The notes below the pieces were generated by a model. It was not told where the DNA came from and did not search any database. It saw only the letters and a list, made by a program, of their open reading frames with translations. Positions 1 through 11,199 of a stretch of 64,000 nucleotides of DNA are shown in pieces; the first letter of the stretch is position 1; every line of letters starts with the position of its first letter. The position numbers were made by a program, and so were the translations under genes. Origin of the DNA: Lama glama. Taxonomy: Eukaryota. Where the stretch lies: assembly GCA_028534125.1 (NCBI GenBank), contig CM052818.1, positions 47,618,001 to 47,682,000 of the forward strand, in the 5' to 3' direction.

Positions 1-56
1 ACAGATGTGAGCTCTGAGAGCCAGGAGCGGGCTGAGGGAATGCCTCGTCCGAGTCC

Positions 57-140
57 CGCCCATGCAGATGAGAAACTGAGATCCAACGATCATTGAGCAT
101 CTCGCATCTCAGGGAGAGCCCACTCCAGGCCCACCCTCCT
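57..140 (-). mobile_element. MIR SINE core fragment
   Basis: 'cagatgagaaactgag' matches the reverse-complement MIR core (tttacagatgaggaaactgagg). Confidence 0.55.
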
Positions 141-1864
141 GGTCTCCGGTGCGTGTTCTTCTCAAGGGGAGCAGAATAGAGAGCGAGAACCCCCGGAGGG
201 AACATTTCAAAGGAAATGAATGAGAGAAGGATGGAAGATCTTTTAAGCATATAAAACATCACATGGAAGATTTTAGTAATGATTTTAGGAGCTGAGACCT
301 GGCAATATTGTGCGAAGTTCGTGTCACGCTGCGAAACGTATAAACAGTGAGAGCTGCTTTTGTTTTATTAAAGTGCATCGAGGATGCTTTTTAAAGGCAT
401 CCCTCTGTTTTGTTGAGGGGGAGCTTCTGTAAAACTTACCTCTGCAAACTAGCTGGGTGATTATGTAAAGCACGGTCTCCTCCATGGTCCAAGCACGCAG
501 TTCTCCCCAGAAATGAGCAGTCCCTAACGACACGGGGGAGAACCCACTCTCGGCCACTCTGTAGATTCTGGACGAACCACGAGAGCCAATGAGATCGATG
601 AACGGCACGTTTCTGCAAGGATGGCTGGCGAGTAGGTGCAGGGCTCACCGTTTCCATAGGTACAGAAGGAAGACGCAAGGGTGCCCCATTTTCCTCCAAA
701 ACAAAAATTACGCACATGAGAAATTCAACCAGTATAAGGGCATGAAAAACAAGCCTCCTGCCCCTGCCCCTTACTCCCTCGCTCTCCTCCAAGATAACCT
801 GTCACCAGTATCTAAAGATAGACAGACTTCCTCTTCTTACGTTTACGCCTGCCATTCCAAGGAAGACGAGCAGGTCGTACCTCAAGGCAGAAGGAAAAGA
901 CTGGTGCACTCCTGCCACAGGCTGCATCGCACTGTTTTATTTTCATTAAACAGCAGGCTAACCGGGCTTTTTAAAGTTTGTGGTTCTTTAAAGCTCAAAC
1001 TGGCCCCCTGAATTTCACAGGGTAGTTCTGCCCTCAGGGTATTTAAAACATCTTATCTCAAACTTTCCCCAGTGTTTTTCCCTCAGGAGTCAGCCTATGA
1101 CCAGGTCCACATCCCAGCTGTGTGACTTCATCAGGTCCTTGCAAGGTGCAGAATTTCTGGCAGGTGACCTGAAATTTCAATCAGAGGGGATCATTTTTTG
1201 AAATAAATTTGGAGCATGCTTCAGAATCGCATGCATCACTTCAGTTGAAAGCAAGTCCTTCCACAACATCAGCTGTGTTCAAGAAAACCCGTGCATAACC
1301 GTCCTATAAAGTGTGTGAGTCTAAGGTCATCGAGTTGACCTGCCAAGCCACTGGGAGAGAAAGAGAAAGAATCAGTTGTCAGGACTGCTAATATCTATGA
1401 GTTTTAGAGATGTTGAAATACCAGTAACATTATTGAGGTTCAAAATGCTGAATATGTAATTCTAAAACAAGTTTTAACAAATACGGGACTCTGAGCTCCC
1501 CTGAGATGGGGAGTTAGGGCCGGCCCTTGTTTTTCTCCATCCCAGAGGGGCAGGGGTGGGATGAGGAGGGCCTGAGGACACTTACGAAGCCTCAGAGCAG
1601 CCACAGGGAGGCTGAAGGGCCTGCTGCCCTCTTAGGGTTTGGCAGAAGAGAGAAGCGTTACCCCCGCGTCTCCTTCCAAGCTCCCCAAGGTGCCTGTGCA
1701 CTTGGCCTCCCCTGGAGCGTCACTCTGGGCTCTCACCATGCCCTGGCCTGGGTCACTCACAGGACCCAGGAGACCCGGAGAATTCTGGTCATCTGACTCA
1801 GGGAACACAAGCAGCCCTGGGGTGTCAAAGAAGGAAGCTCATGGCAGGGAAGCAACGGCCACCT

Positions 1865-2428
1865 TGGCTTTGCCCACGTGGAGCAGAACCAATAGGATAT
1901 ACAGAGACACAGACACAGACACAGACCCAGACCCAGACGATGTAGATGCAGGTGATGCAGGTGGCACAGACATGCTGACACACTGCTGTAACTGTCTTAA
2001 AAGAGTCATTGTAGAAATTGGCTCACGTGACTACAGAGGCTGAGAAGTCCCAAGATGGAGACCCAAGGAAGCTGGTGGTGTCATTCAGTCCAAGTCCTAA
2101 GGCCTGAGAACCAGGAGAGCAGATGGGGTGCATCCTGGTCTGAGTCCAAAGGGGAGAACCAGGAGCCAGAAGCAGCAATGTCCCCAGGCAGGAGGAGGAG
2201 GATGTCGCAGCTCCATCCGAGAGGAGGGATCCAGGCTTCCTCCTTTTTGTTCTCTTCAGGCTCTCAGTGGGTGGGATGGTGCCCACCCGCGTTGTGGGGG
2301 TGACCCTGTTGACTCAGTCTAGTCCTCACAGCTAATCTAATGACACTCTCACAGACACAGCCAGAAATCCCATTCAACCAGCAATCTGGGCATCCCTTAG
2401 CCAGTGACGTTGACACGCAGTATTAAAC
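1865..2428 (-). mobile_element. MLT2B-like ERVL solo LTR
   Basis: Contains 'cagaaccaatagga', an internal ACAG/AC microsatellite, 'aattggctcacgtgactacagaggctgagaagtcccaagat' and the end 'atctgggcatcccttagccagtgacgttgacac', all matching the reverse complement of the MLT2B consensus as recalled. Confidence 0.85.
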
Positions 2429-2528
2429 GTGGTACCCAGTGTGCCTGTTTTCACCCATGCTAAATCCACAAACCAAGACTGAAGGTCTCAAAAATCTCCA
2501 GAAGCTGGAGCTGTAAGCAAAGACCTCC
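2423..2528 (+). repeat. Local direct repeat, copy A (106 bp; partner 3020-3125)
   Basis: Ungapped alignment to 3020-3125 with 11 mismatches by manual count. Confidence 0.95.
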
Positions 2529-3019
2529 CAGTGCCTAGAAGAGGGGCCCCCTCCACCACTGGCAGCTTCCACCATCCTTTTCACTGTCCTATGAATCAAG
2601 GCTCTCTCAGGAGGTTGCCAGCCACCCCCCTCTAGTCCATACACAGGAGAAAATGTGTCTCACTAAAGAAAGTGGTTTAACACAAAGAAGACTGGTTACA
2701 GAGCCTGACTTTAGAATTCCACTTGCTCTTCTCCATTTCCTTAATGTGACTGTTTCTGAAAAACGGTAAAGCCACCCAATGCGGTGTGGAGTCTACGGGA
2801 GGGTTACACCATTTTTGGTCCTGGTACGCCCCTCAAACCTATTGAAAATAAATTCAAATTTTATCTGTTACTTTTGTTTACCATGTCTTCTCCTGAACCT
2901 TGGGGTTTCTCCAGACTAGAGAAAAGTTAAGGTTGTGAACTCTACCCTAAGCCGGGATTCCTCCTGGAGCTTGATCACGATAAGCTGTCAGTGGCGGGGG
3001 CTGTGCTCAGACATTGTCC

Positions 3020-3125
3020 TTAAATGTGGTACCCAGTGTGCCCATTTCCACCTATGCTAAATCCACAAACCAAGACCGACGGTCTCAGAAAGCTCCAGAA
3101 GCTGGAGCTGTAAGCCAGGACCTCC
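3020..3125 (+). repeat. Local direct repeat, copy B (106 bp; partner 2423-2528)
   Basis: 'ttaaatgtggtacccagtgtgcc...gctaaatccacaaaccaagac...ctccagaagctggagctgtaagc' is shared with copy A. Confidence 0.95.
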
Positions 3126-3963
3126 TGATGTCAAGACCTGCCCCCTCCCCTCTCGCCCTCCCCTCCCCTGCAACCACAGACGCACACACCGGCTGTGGAG
3201 CAATGACTGTCCTCGTCCAGGGTGGCGGTGGCCTTGGGGCTGAGGGTCCCTGAATCTTTCAAGGCATGTCTGTTGCCTCCAACATCCAGGACTCCCAGGA
3301 TGTCCCGGCTGTCTGGCCCCACCCACTTTCAAAGAGCACCCACGCCGGGGGGGAGGCTGTGGACAGCTACCAGGACAGACAGCAACTCCTAGACTCAGCT
3401 TGAACTTCACTCCTGTCCTGACAGTTTCCCAAACAGGAAGGAGCTCTCCAGGAAGTTGTGATGGCTCCTCACTGCAGGCCCCTTAAAAACTTCTCTCTCT
3501 TCCGTACTCTCACCGCCCCCAACAACCCTCTCTCCTCTTGACATGAATTCAATTCAAGTGACACTTAAAAATAGGCCTGCTTGTCACATTCCCTTGCCAG
3601 TTGGAGTGAATGTCACTGAGTGTCACAGAGTCCTTGGCTACAGTTTTTGGGTTGATGGCAGGGAGGAAGCTGGTCCAGAACGGAGCAAGTCCCTCTGGTG
3701 ACCCCACCCAGGTTTCTGCCACAGAGAAAGCGTTGGTTTTTCCTGCCATTGTCTTCTTTCCCATTAACTTCTTCCCAAAACTATTTAAAATCACCATCTG
3801 TTCTCTTCTTGGAAATTTAAGTAACTTCAGCACAATTTTTTGATTTTTACCCCCAATTGTGGATAAGCCATATGTGGGGAGATTGGGTTAAATGCCAGGT
3901 ATTTAAAATGAGGTAAGAGGAATTGAGCAAATGGTCTGACAGTCTCTTTGGGGCTATTCATCT

Positions 3964-4135
3964 GTCATTGCATATTCATCCAGCAAGCATCTATTAAGCA
4001 CCAGCAGGTGGATAGGCAGTTTTCTAGAAAGTTCTGGGGCTACAGAGATGTGAGTTCCATAGTTCCTGATCTCCAGAAGTTTAGGACAGTGTCAAAAATA
4101 AACAATCAATTGGCCATCATGATACAATGGGGCCA
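3964..4135 (-). mobile_element. L2 LINE 3' end fragment
   Basis: 'attcatccagcaagcatctattaagcacc...ttctggggctacagagatg' resembles the reverse-complement L2 3' terminus. Confidence 0.7.
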
Positions 4136-4164
4136 GTTCTATACTTTTGTCTACATTACAACAC

Positions 4165-4481
4165 CTTTGTTCCCTCCACATTGGATGACATTGTCCCCCA
4201 GTCTACCCGGAAAATGCCTACTGCAGAATACGGCTTGAGTCTCTCGTCTGTGCAGATTCCCCAGCCTTTCTGAGTAAACTTAACGAACTCTTCCTTGGAG
4301 ACCCCCTTGTGCTCGGTACCTATTTAGCTGAGTGAAATTTACCAGCAGCAACCTCCTGATACCCACCCACTAGACTATGAACCCCTAGAAGGCAAACGTT
4401 TCACTACACTTATGGTGAAATCACCAGCAAACGGCCGTCCCCAAGCAACTTCTTAATAATATTTGTCAAATGACTGAATAA
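4165..4481 (+). mobile_element. L2 LINE 3' end fragment
   Basis: 'ccactagactatgaacccctagaaggca...aataatatttgtcaaatgactgaata' is a typical L2 3' end. Confidence 0.7.
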
Positions 4482-6421
4482 TTCCCCCTGTTTAAAAGTT
4501 TCCAGAGCGCCTGTGTTGTAGCAGGCACTGTGCCCGGCAAGGGGCATGTGTGTGCCCACAAGTGTGTGGCAGCGGAGAATCGGGCGTGAGGGGAGCGATG
4601 CAAAGGTGAACGACGAAACTGGTGACGTGTGGAGCTCACGATCTAGTAAAAGACACAAGTGCTAGCTATTCCTCAAGGATCCGTTTTTATCCCCTGCAGT
4701 AAATCTTTAGGACGGGCTTGAGATAGTTATAAATATAAAAAGGAATGTCTGTGTCTCATTGCAAGATTCATTTTTAGTATTCTCTTCTCAAATTCTTTAC
4801 ATCGGATTGTTAATTTTGCCTTGGTTATGAGAATAATATTTGACACATGAACACACCCTCCATCTGCATCTCTCGTTCCGTCTGTGGCTCTTGCTGTGAG
4901 GGGTTCTGAGTTGCCTCTGGGGGATTTTTCTCTGATAAACTGCTCTCTGCCTCCATTGCTCGCTGTCTTTGGTCCTCTGAAGTTCATTGTCTCTGCTGGA
5001 AGTTGGGAAGTTGGAACACGGTATCTCCAAGAGTTCTTCCATCACTGGCATTCAAAGCATCCGTGTGAAAATCAACTCAGCACTTTCTGAGCGTCTGCTT
5101 CGTGTGCATGACGGTACCTGCTCCGGGATGGATTCCAAGAGAAAGAGCAACGCGACCCAAACCAGGTGGGGAAACAGATGTTCTCTGAGTGACACAAGAG
5201 CCTCCCCAGGGAAGAAGACCTCCTTGGATGCGTAGAAGAGTGATTTCTTTTGGTTTCATTGTTGTCGTTATTTTTTGACCTGTAGCAGGTTACATCGTGT
5301 GAAGTTAGACCTTGAAGGATGACCCAGGAAGGGCACTCGCATAATCACAACGTCACCTGTAACTCCTAATGCCTCTGTTCACGAGTATAGCCCCGTGCCT
5401 CCACTTTAGAAAGAAAATTCCTGCTCCTGAGGCTCTTGGTGATTTCCAAAATTAAATAATTCTTTTTTTTTTCCATTTTCTTCAGGTCTTACTTTCCATC
5501 CAACGTCTTTTTTGTTCCCATTCCAGAATTTCCTCTCCTCACCCAGTAGCTACTGTGCTGTTCTGAAACACATATGAGAAGGAACGCCACCTTGCGCCCT
5601 CGCTGAGGACTCAGGTGGGTAAAGCGCAGAAGTGAACAGCATCAGGAGTCCACGTGTGGACAAGCCCAACTCCCAGGCCAGAGCCCCGTCTTGCCGTGTC
5701 GGCCGAGGTGGACCCCTCCCGCAGTCCCTGTCTGCGAACCTTTGATAACATTGCTACCCGGCCAGTCTTTTGTCTGCAGAAGAGGCTGGACCGCAGCACA
5801 CGGTTCCCCAGACAACCGGCACCATTCAGAGCATGTCAGAGGCAGTCAGCCCTCAGCCACAGTGGGGCTCGGCGTGAAGCAGGAAGCAACGAGGTCTCGA
5901 GAAGAATCTTCTGAGCGAATGGTGTCCCCAGATACCCACAATAAACTGGGTTAAGACATTCACAGTGTAAACACCTGCAACAGAAGTAAAAAGGAAAATG
6001 CATTTTCGGGTGGTTTTGAAAAACACACACTTCTTGGAAAGCAGATGTTATTTTTTGTTTTTGGTATTGTAAGGGGTATTTTAGTAGTAGAGTGGGATGT
6101 TCCATAAATATTGAGACTATTATGCTTGATTCTGGGTGAGGAAGGCCCATGTTGCAGGTGCAATAGTTGGGGAAGTGTGAGAAGATGATAGAGAAGGTGG
6201 GGAATGCATGTAGCTCAGGACTCACAGTGAAAGATGCCCGTATTCATGGAAAACAGGTCTAAGGCCGTGAGGACATAGAACAAGCGTCCATTACCCCGGG
6301 TCGCCCGTGGAAGGTGCACACTGAAAGCTCACAAATGATCAGTGGGGGGGAGAATTCGAAATCTAGATGTTCTTCAGTGTTGGGTGGAGAGGAGGGAAGA
6401 AAAGAAATAATGTAAAGCATC

Positions 6422-6685
6422 TTTATTTAAAAAAAAATTGAGATGTAATTTACATACAGCATCCGTTTAAGGTGTACGCTTCTGTATTGCAGTGTGATCA
6501 CTGCCATAATTTTAGGTCACACTTTTTTCTATCACAGTCATGTAATTATCGTCTCTCTTTTTGTGGTGAGAATATTTAAGATCTAGCCTCTCAGAAACAC
6601 TGACGTGTGTTTTAGGATACTGTGGACTGTAATCACTAGGCTGTGCGTTGCGTCTGCAGAACTTACTCGTCTTCTAGTGGCAAGA
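6422..6685 (-). mobile_element. L1 3' UTR fragment (L1MA9-like)
   Basis: 'aattgagatgtaatttacatac...tttttgtggtgagaatatttaagatcta...cagaacttactcgtctt' is an antisense L1MA-type 3' end. Confidence 0.75.
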
Positions 6686-6849
6686 TATTGTTAACACAGA
6701 GCATCATGACTGCGTTCATGCCCCCAGAGTTGATACAGTTTCGGACCTCCAGGCAAAGAATTCCCAGGAAGAGAAGCTTCCTATTCCAGTGTGTTCGGAG
6801 TCAGAGGTGATCTGGTGTAACATTATCTATTTAGAAAGTAATAAAAGAT

Positions 6850-7120
6850 TTACTGCCGACCTGACCAGGTTGGCAAGTTGACATGCACAGTGAGATATCC
6901 AGCCCAAATAATATGAAATAGCGATCTCCAAGGTCGTGTCTCAGATGTCCGCAGCGTTCCTTTCGCATTAGGAAATGCCTTACCAAGGATTATAGTCTAC
7001 TATTTAACCTTCATTTCTTTTCTTTCTTTTAAATCATATTAATTCCTATTTGATGCCAGTAACATCAGTGAAATTACAAAGCTGCTGTTGAACACGCTCT
7101 TTCTGTTAACAGATTAAAGC
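6850..7120. mobile_element. Possible hAT-Charlie DNA transposon remnant
   Basis: 'catattaattcctatttgatgccagt' and 'catcagtgaaattacaaag' recall Charlie/MER113-type consensus. No terminal inverted repeats were identified. Confidence 0.4.
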
Positions 7121-7189
7121 GCAGCGGTTACGAAGTTGCCTTTGGATTTTACTATCGTCACTAATAGCGTCAGTGCTGGTATTATTATT

Positions 7190-7392
7190 GTCTTATTTGA
7201 GGAGCACGGAAACTTTGAGGGGACACTACAGAGTGTTCCCATATCGTCCGTCTGCCCCCACACACCTGGGTACAGCCTAGCCCATCATTACCTCCCACAC
7301 CTGATGGTACCCTGGCTACAGACGATGAGTCTGCAGGACTTTATCGTCCAAAATCCGTACTTTGCATCCGGGTTCATTCTTAGTGCTGTAGC
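7190..7392 (-). mobile_element. L1MC1/2-like 3' end fragment
   Basis: 'tacagagtgttcccatat...ctgcccccacacac...tacagcc...gggttcattcttagtgctgta' follows the antisense L1MC1/2 3' UTR. Confidence 0.7.
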
Positions 7393-8129
7393 TTAGCTGT
7401 TTCACTTTGCTTTTAACCCCTGGTTTGCCTGGTCTTCGTCTCGGCCAGCATCTTCAAGCTGTCTCTAGACCCCTGCTGCTTTTCCTTACCAGCCGGCAAG
7501 GCCAGCGAGTTAGAAAGAGCTTCTCCCTCTGGGCGCCACGCAGACTGGGGGCAGGACGGGCCCAGGACAGGGCATGAGGAAGCTAACCTTCCGGGGAAGC
7601 CATGCTATTGGACTCTCCATGGAAATGATGTCCACGAGGTGCTGCCCAAGGGGACCTAGACCTCAGAGTTTGGTCACTTGGCACGTAAAGTCCACTTTGG
7701 TCCTGTGAACATGCCCTGCTTAGAAGACCGGCTGCATCCATCCACCCTTGCAGCACAAAGCCTCGGGCGGCCGGGGTGCAGGACGCACACTCCCCGCTCT
7801 GACGCCTGCCCACCTCCTCAGTTTCTGGCTGTAGGCAGAGCGATCAGAAAGCTCTACTCAAGTCAGACGTTGGCAAATTGTATTCAACTGTTGGATATTC
7901 ATTTAAAGCATTAGATTCAAAGCCCAAGTTTTCCTTATTTCCACTTCAACTTTCTGTAAAGACTTCACCCTTTGTAGTTGGCTTGTATCCAACCAGTGAT
8001 CTCAGGATTCCAAAATTAATTTGAGTATTCGGATGCGCTCTGAGGACCCTTCCCTTCTTTGTGGCGTTGCCAAGCTCGCTCCGTCTTTCTCAAAGAAAGG
8101 CTGTCACTGCCTCCTGGCAGGAGACAGCT

Positions 8130-8300
8130 ACTACGTGCAGTGTTTGGGAACTCAGGTTCTAGAGATGCACTCGGCATCAAGTTGTGTTCCTCTGCTTGCT
8201 GGTCCTGGGTACCAGACAAGTATGTTCTCTGAGCCTCAGTTTCTCCATCTAGACATTGAAGATAATTATAAAAACGGTAACTAGTCTACTTTCATATCAT
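8130..8300 (+). mobile_element. MIR SINE
   Basis: Core 'tctctgagcctcagtttctccatct' with a degenerate tRNA-like head. Confidence 0.75.
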
Positions 8301-10039
8301 CTCTGATGCGTTTTGTTTTATTTACGACTCCGTATCTCTACATCCTTTCTAGTCTTAGGTCGTTTATAAACTTAAAGATTATATCTTCCCTTCTAGGAAT
8401 GCACATTCCTTTAAAATGCTGTCGGTGTCCCACCTCTGACCCTTGCTGCTTGAGTTCAACCCTCCAATTTTGTCACCCCTAAACATTTGGGGGGTTTAAT
8501 CCCCATTTTCCCTGCCCACTTAAAGAGTATAGGCAGATAAGCAACTCAAAACTTGCTTTTTAATGACCTGGATACTGGTTATTGGTAAAGTTTGGACTGG
8601 AGCTGTTTCATAAATTGAACGGCTTTGTTTCCCTAAAACTACATGAGTTTATGAAGTTGAGAAGTAAAATATCCTTTTCAATATATATTTTGATATAGAA
8701 ATGAGGGTTCTTAAAATTATTTAATTTGTTTATTTTTTCAGGGCTCACACATAGACATACATTAATATTTTCTTTGCCTTAGGGAGTTTAACTAAATTCC
8801 AAGGTTTCTAAAAATGACTAGCCAATTTCACACCAAAAATGTAATTCAGTTCCTCAAGTACCCTTGGAAGCTTCATTAAAAAGCTATCCCCAGCCCTTAT
8901 GGATGACTTTTCAAAGTTACTTTAAAGGATTCAGAGATTCATGTGGAATGGTCAAGTGTGCTAATAAGGGCTTTCTTGTGTCACCAGTAAGAAATCCCGC
9001 TGAACAGTGGTCCTGTGGTGACACCATTGTCAAAGGGGAGCAGCAGGAGAAACTGAGGTTTCTGAGAAGGGAGGTGGGGTCGACCTCCCCTGAGAATCCC
9101 GGCAAAGTGGCTCTTCCTGCACCCTCCTCTGCCATGGACAAGGATTTTAACATTTCAGATGGAATTCTTGTTTTTCAAAGATTAGTGCGCACAACTCATT
9201 AGGTGTTGACTTTATTGATAAAATCCACTAAAACAAGAACAAGAACTTCCAATTCCTAAGCAGGTTTCCTTTAAGAACGCGACCACCCTCTTAGCTATTA
9301 GAAATGAAATAAAGAACAAAGCACCAAAACTCAAAATGCCAGATTTGAAGACAAGTCTTAACCATCAGTGTCCCGCTTTGAGATCTCGGTGCATCCATTC
9401 CCCTCACCTGCTTTCCATCACCAGGCCAACTCAAAATCCTTTCCCTGCCAGAGTGGGGCTGAGAGGAGGGGATGAGAAGAGTAAGTTTTCTGGATGTGGC
9501 TTTGGCACTGACATTTGCAATTCACTATGGCTTCTTGGTCCCCAACCGCTCCTGGAAGGCCAGGCCATCCTGAAGGCCAAGAACACCTTCTGCCCTCTGA
9601 TTTTGGCACCACAGTGGCCACTTCACTCAGATGTGTGCCTCCTGGCTGTTATTCCTGCCTCGGGACTGCAGACTGGCAAGCCACAATATGCTCTACCTGG
9701 GGCTACACCTGAGACCATCTGGACCTTCAGCTGCTGCACCATACAGGGGCCCGCCTGCCGCACGGTGCGCACCAGATGGAGCAGACGATACCTGTGTGGG
9801 GCCGTCTGACTCGACGCTGCTGGGGACTCGGTGTGCGGAAAATGGCAAACTATAAACATTTAAATAATAATCCCACAACACATGCTGATTCCTTTCCATG
9901 GGAAGAAGAGGAAAAAAAACAAAACTTCCTGGGAACAGTAAACCAGAAGAATACTGTGGACTAGGAGTGAACTTGATTTCTTTTTAAACAGTGCTGAGTC
10001 TAATGAGCAAAACCAAAGATGGATCTAAAATACAGTTCT

Positions 10040-10210
10040 AAGGGTGGGTGAGAGCCAGGACTCATCAATTTAAGTGCAGCAAAGTGCTATGGGACGTAGG
10101 CAGGTCACATGACTCCCTGTGCCTCAGTCTTCCCACGATAATATAAAAAATAAAATGTCCCATGCTAATCAAAACGCCAAGATGAGGCGTTTGTGCCAGG
10201 ATGTAAATCA
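10040..10210 (+). mobile_element. MIR SINE
   Basis: 'ggcaggtcacatgactccctgtgcctcagtcttccca' matches the MIR core. Confidence 0.6.
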
Positions 10211-10604
10211 ACACATACAGAACCATCAGGAAAGTCTGGTTACAAAAACCATTTCAGCTGAACTAAGCAGTGTGCTTTGGAACGTGGTTGATACGCATTC
10301 GGATGCTGGTGCAAGCTCCTTACGCACTGCAGACAAGAAACAAATGGTCCAGAACCTGGCAACCGTCTTTGAACTGGCATCGGGAGATGGAGACTGAGTC
10401 CGTACACTTCTGGGACTTGCATTCTTGGATTGTTCCAGACTAAGTAGTGTATTACAAAGCACTATTTCAATCTTACTTCTCTTTCACTGGCTTGAAAATA
10501 CAAAACAATATCAAAAAAAAAGTGAGATGTGACTTAAGGAATCTTAGTTTGCTATAAGTTCTGAATTTCCCCTCAAATGGAACAAAATTCAATTATTTAA
10601 TTAT

Positions 10605-11190
10605 TACTTCATTCCACAAATATTCATTAACTGCTGGCAAGTTCATAGGAGAAGAAATGTGCCCTTGGTGTAATGTGTCCACCATTCTGGCTTTGAGAGT
10701 TTCCTGCAAAGTATGGTTCTTGAATGGAGACTTGAATGATGAGCTGGTGGATGAAGAACTGGGTGAAGTGATGAGGGAGGAGACACAGCCCCAGCTGAGC
10801 AAAGATAAAATCACGAGACAAAGAACGAAAGAAGCAGAAACATGCAAGTAGCTTCCACTGCTGAAATGTGAAGTCCGAGAGCGGACCATGAGACAGTAGG
10901 GAGTCGCTAGGTTATAGACGACCTCGAATTCTAGGTTGAGGAGTTCAGACATCTGCAGGGTATGGGGGACACCCAGTTCTCAAATAGAGGGGTGATAAGA
11001 TCTGACCTGCATTTAAACTAACCACTCTGATGGCTCCATGAGGAATGGATTTAGGAAGGAAAGGTCTGGATGCATGAAGACAAAATTCAGTTAGGAGGCA
11101 ATTACATATAGTGTCTTGGGATGGAGGGACCCAAGACCTGAAGGAGGCAAGGGGGCAAACAAAGCAGATTTAAGAAGAGAATGAAATTCA
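10605..11190 (-). mobile_element. L2 LINE 3' portion
   Basis: Starts 'ttcattccacaaatattcatt' (antisense L2 tail) and continues as purine-rich L2 sequence ('gataagatctgacctgcattt', 'agttaggaggcaatt'). Confidence 0.75.
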
Positions 11191-11199
11191 TAGGCTGGG

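Noticed and set aside
10119..10397. Protein-like ORF (…TISAELSSVLWNVVDTHSD…)
   Set aside because: Its 5' part lies in a MIR, there are no convincing splice sites and I recognise no homolog. A BLASTX search would settle it.
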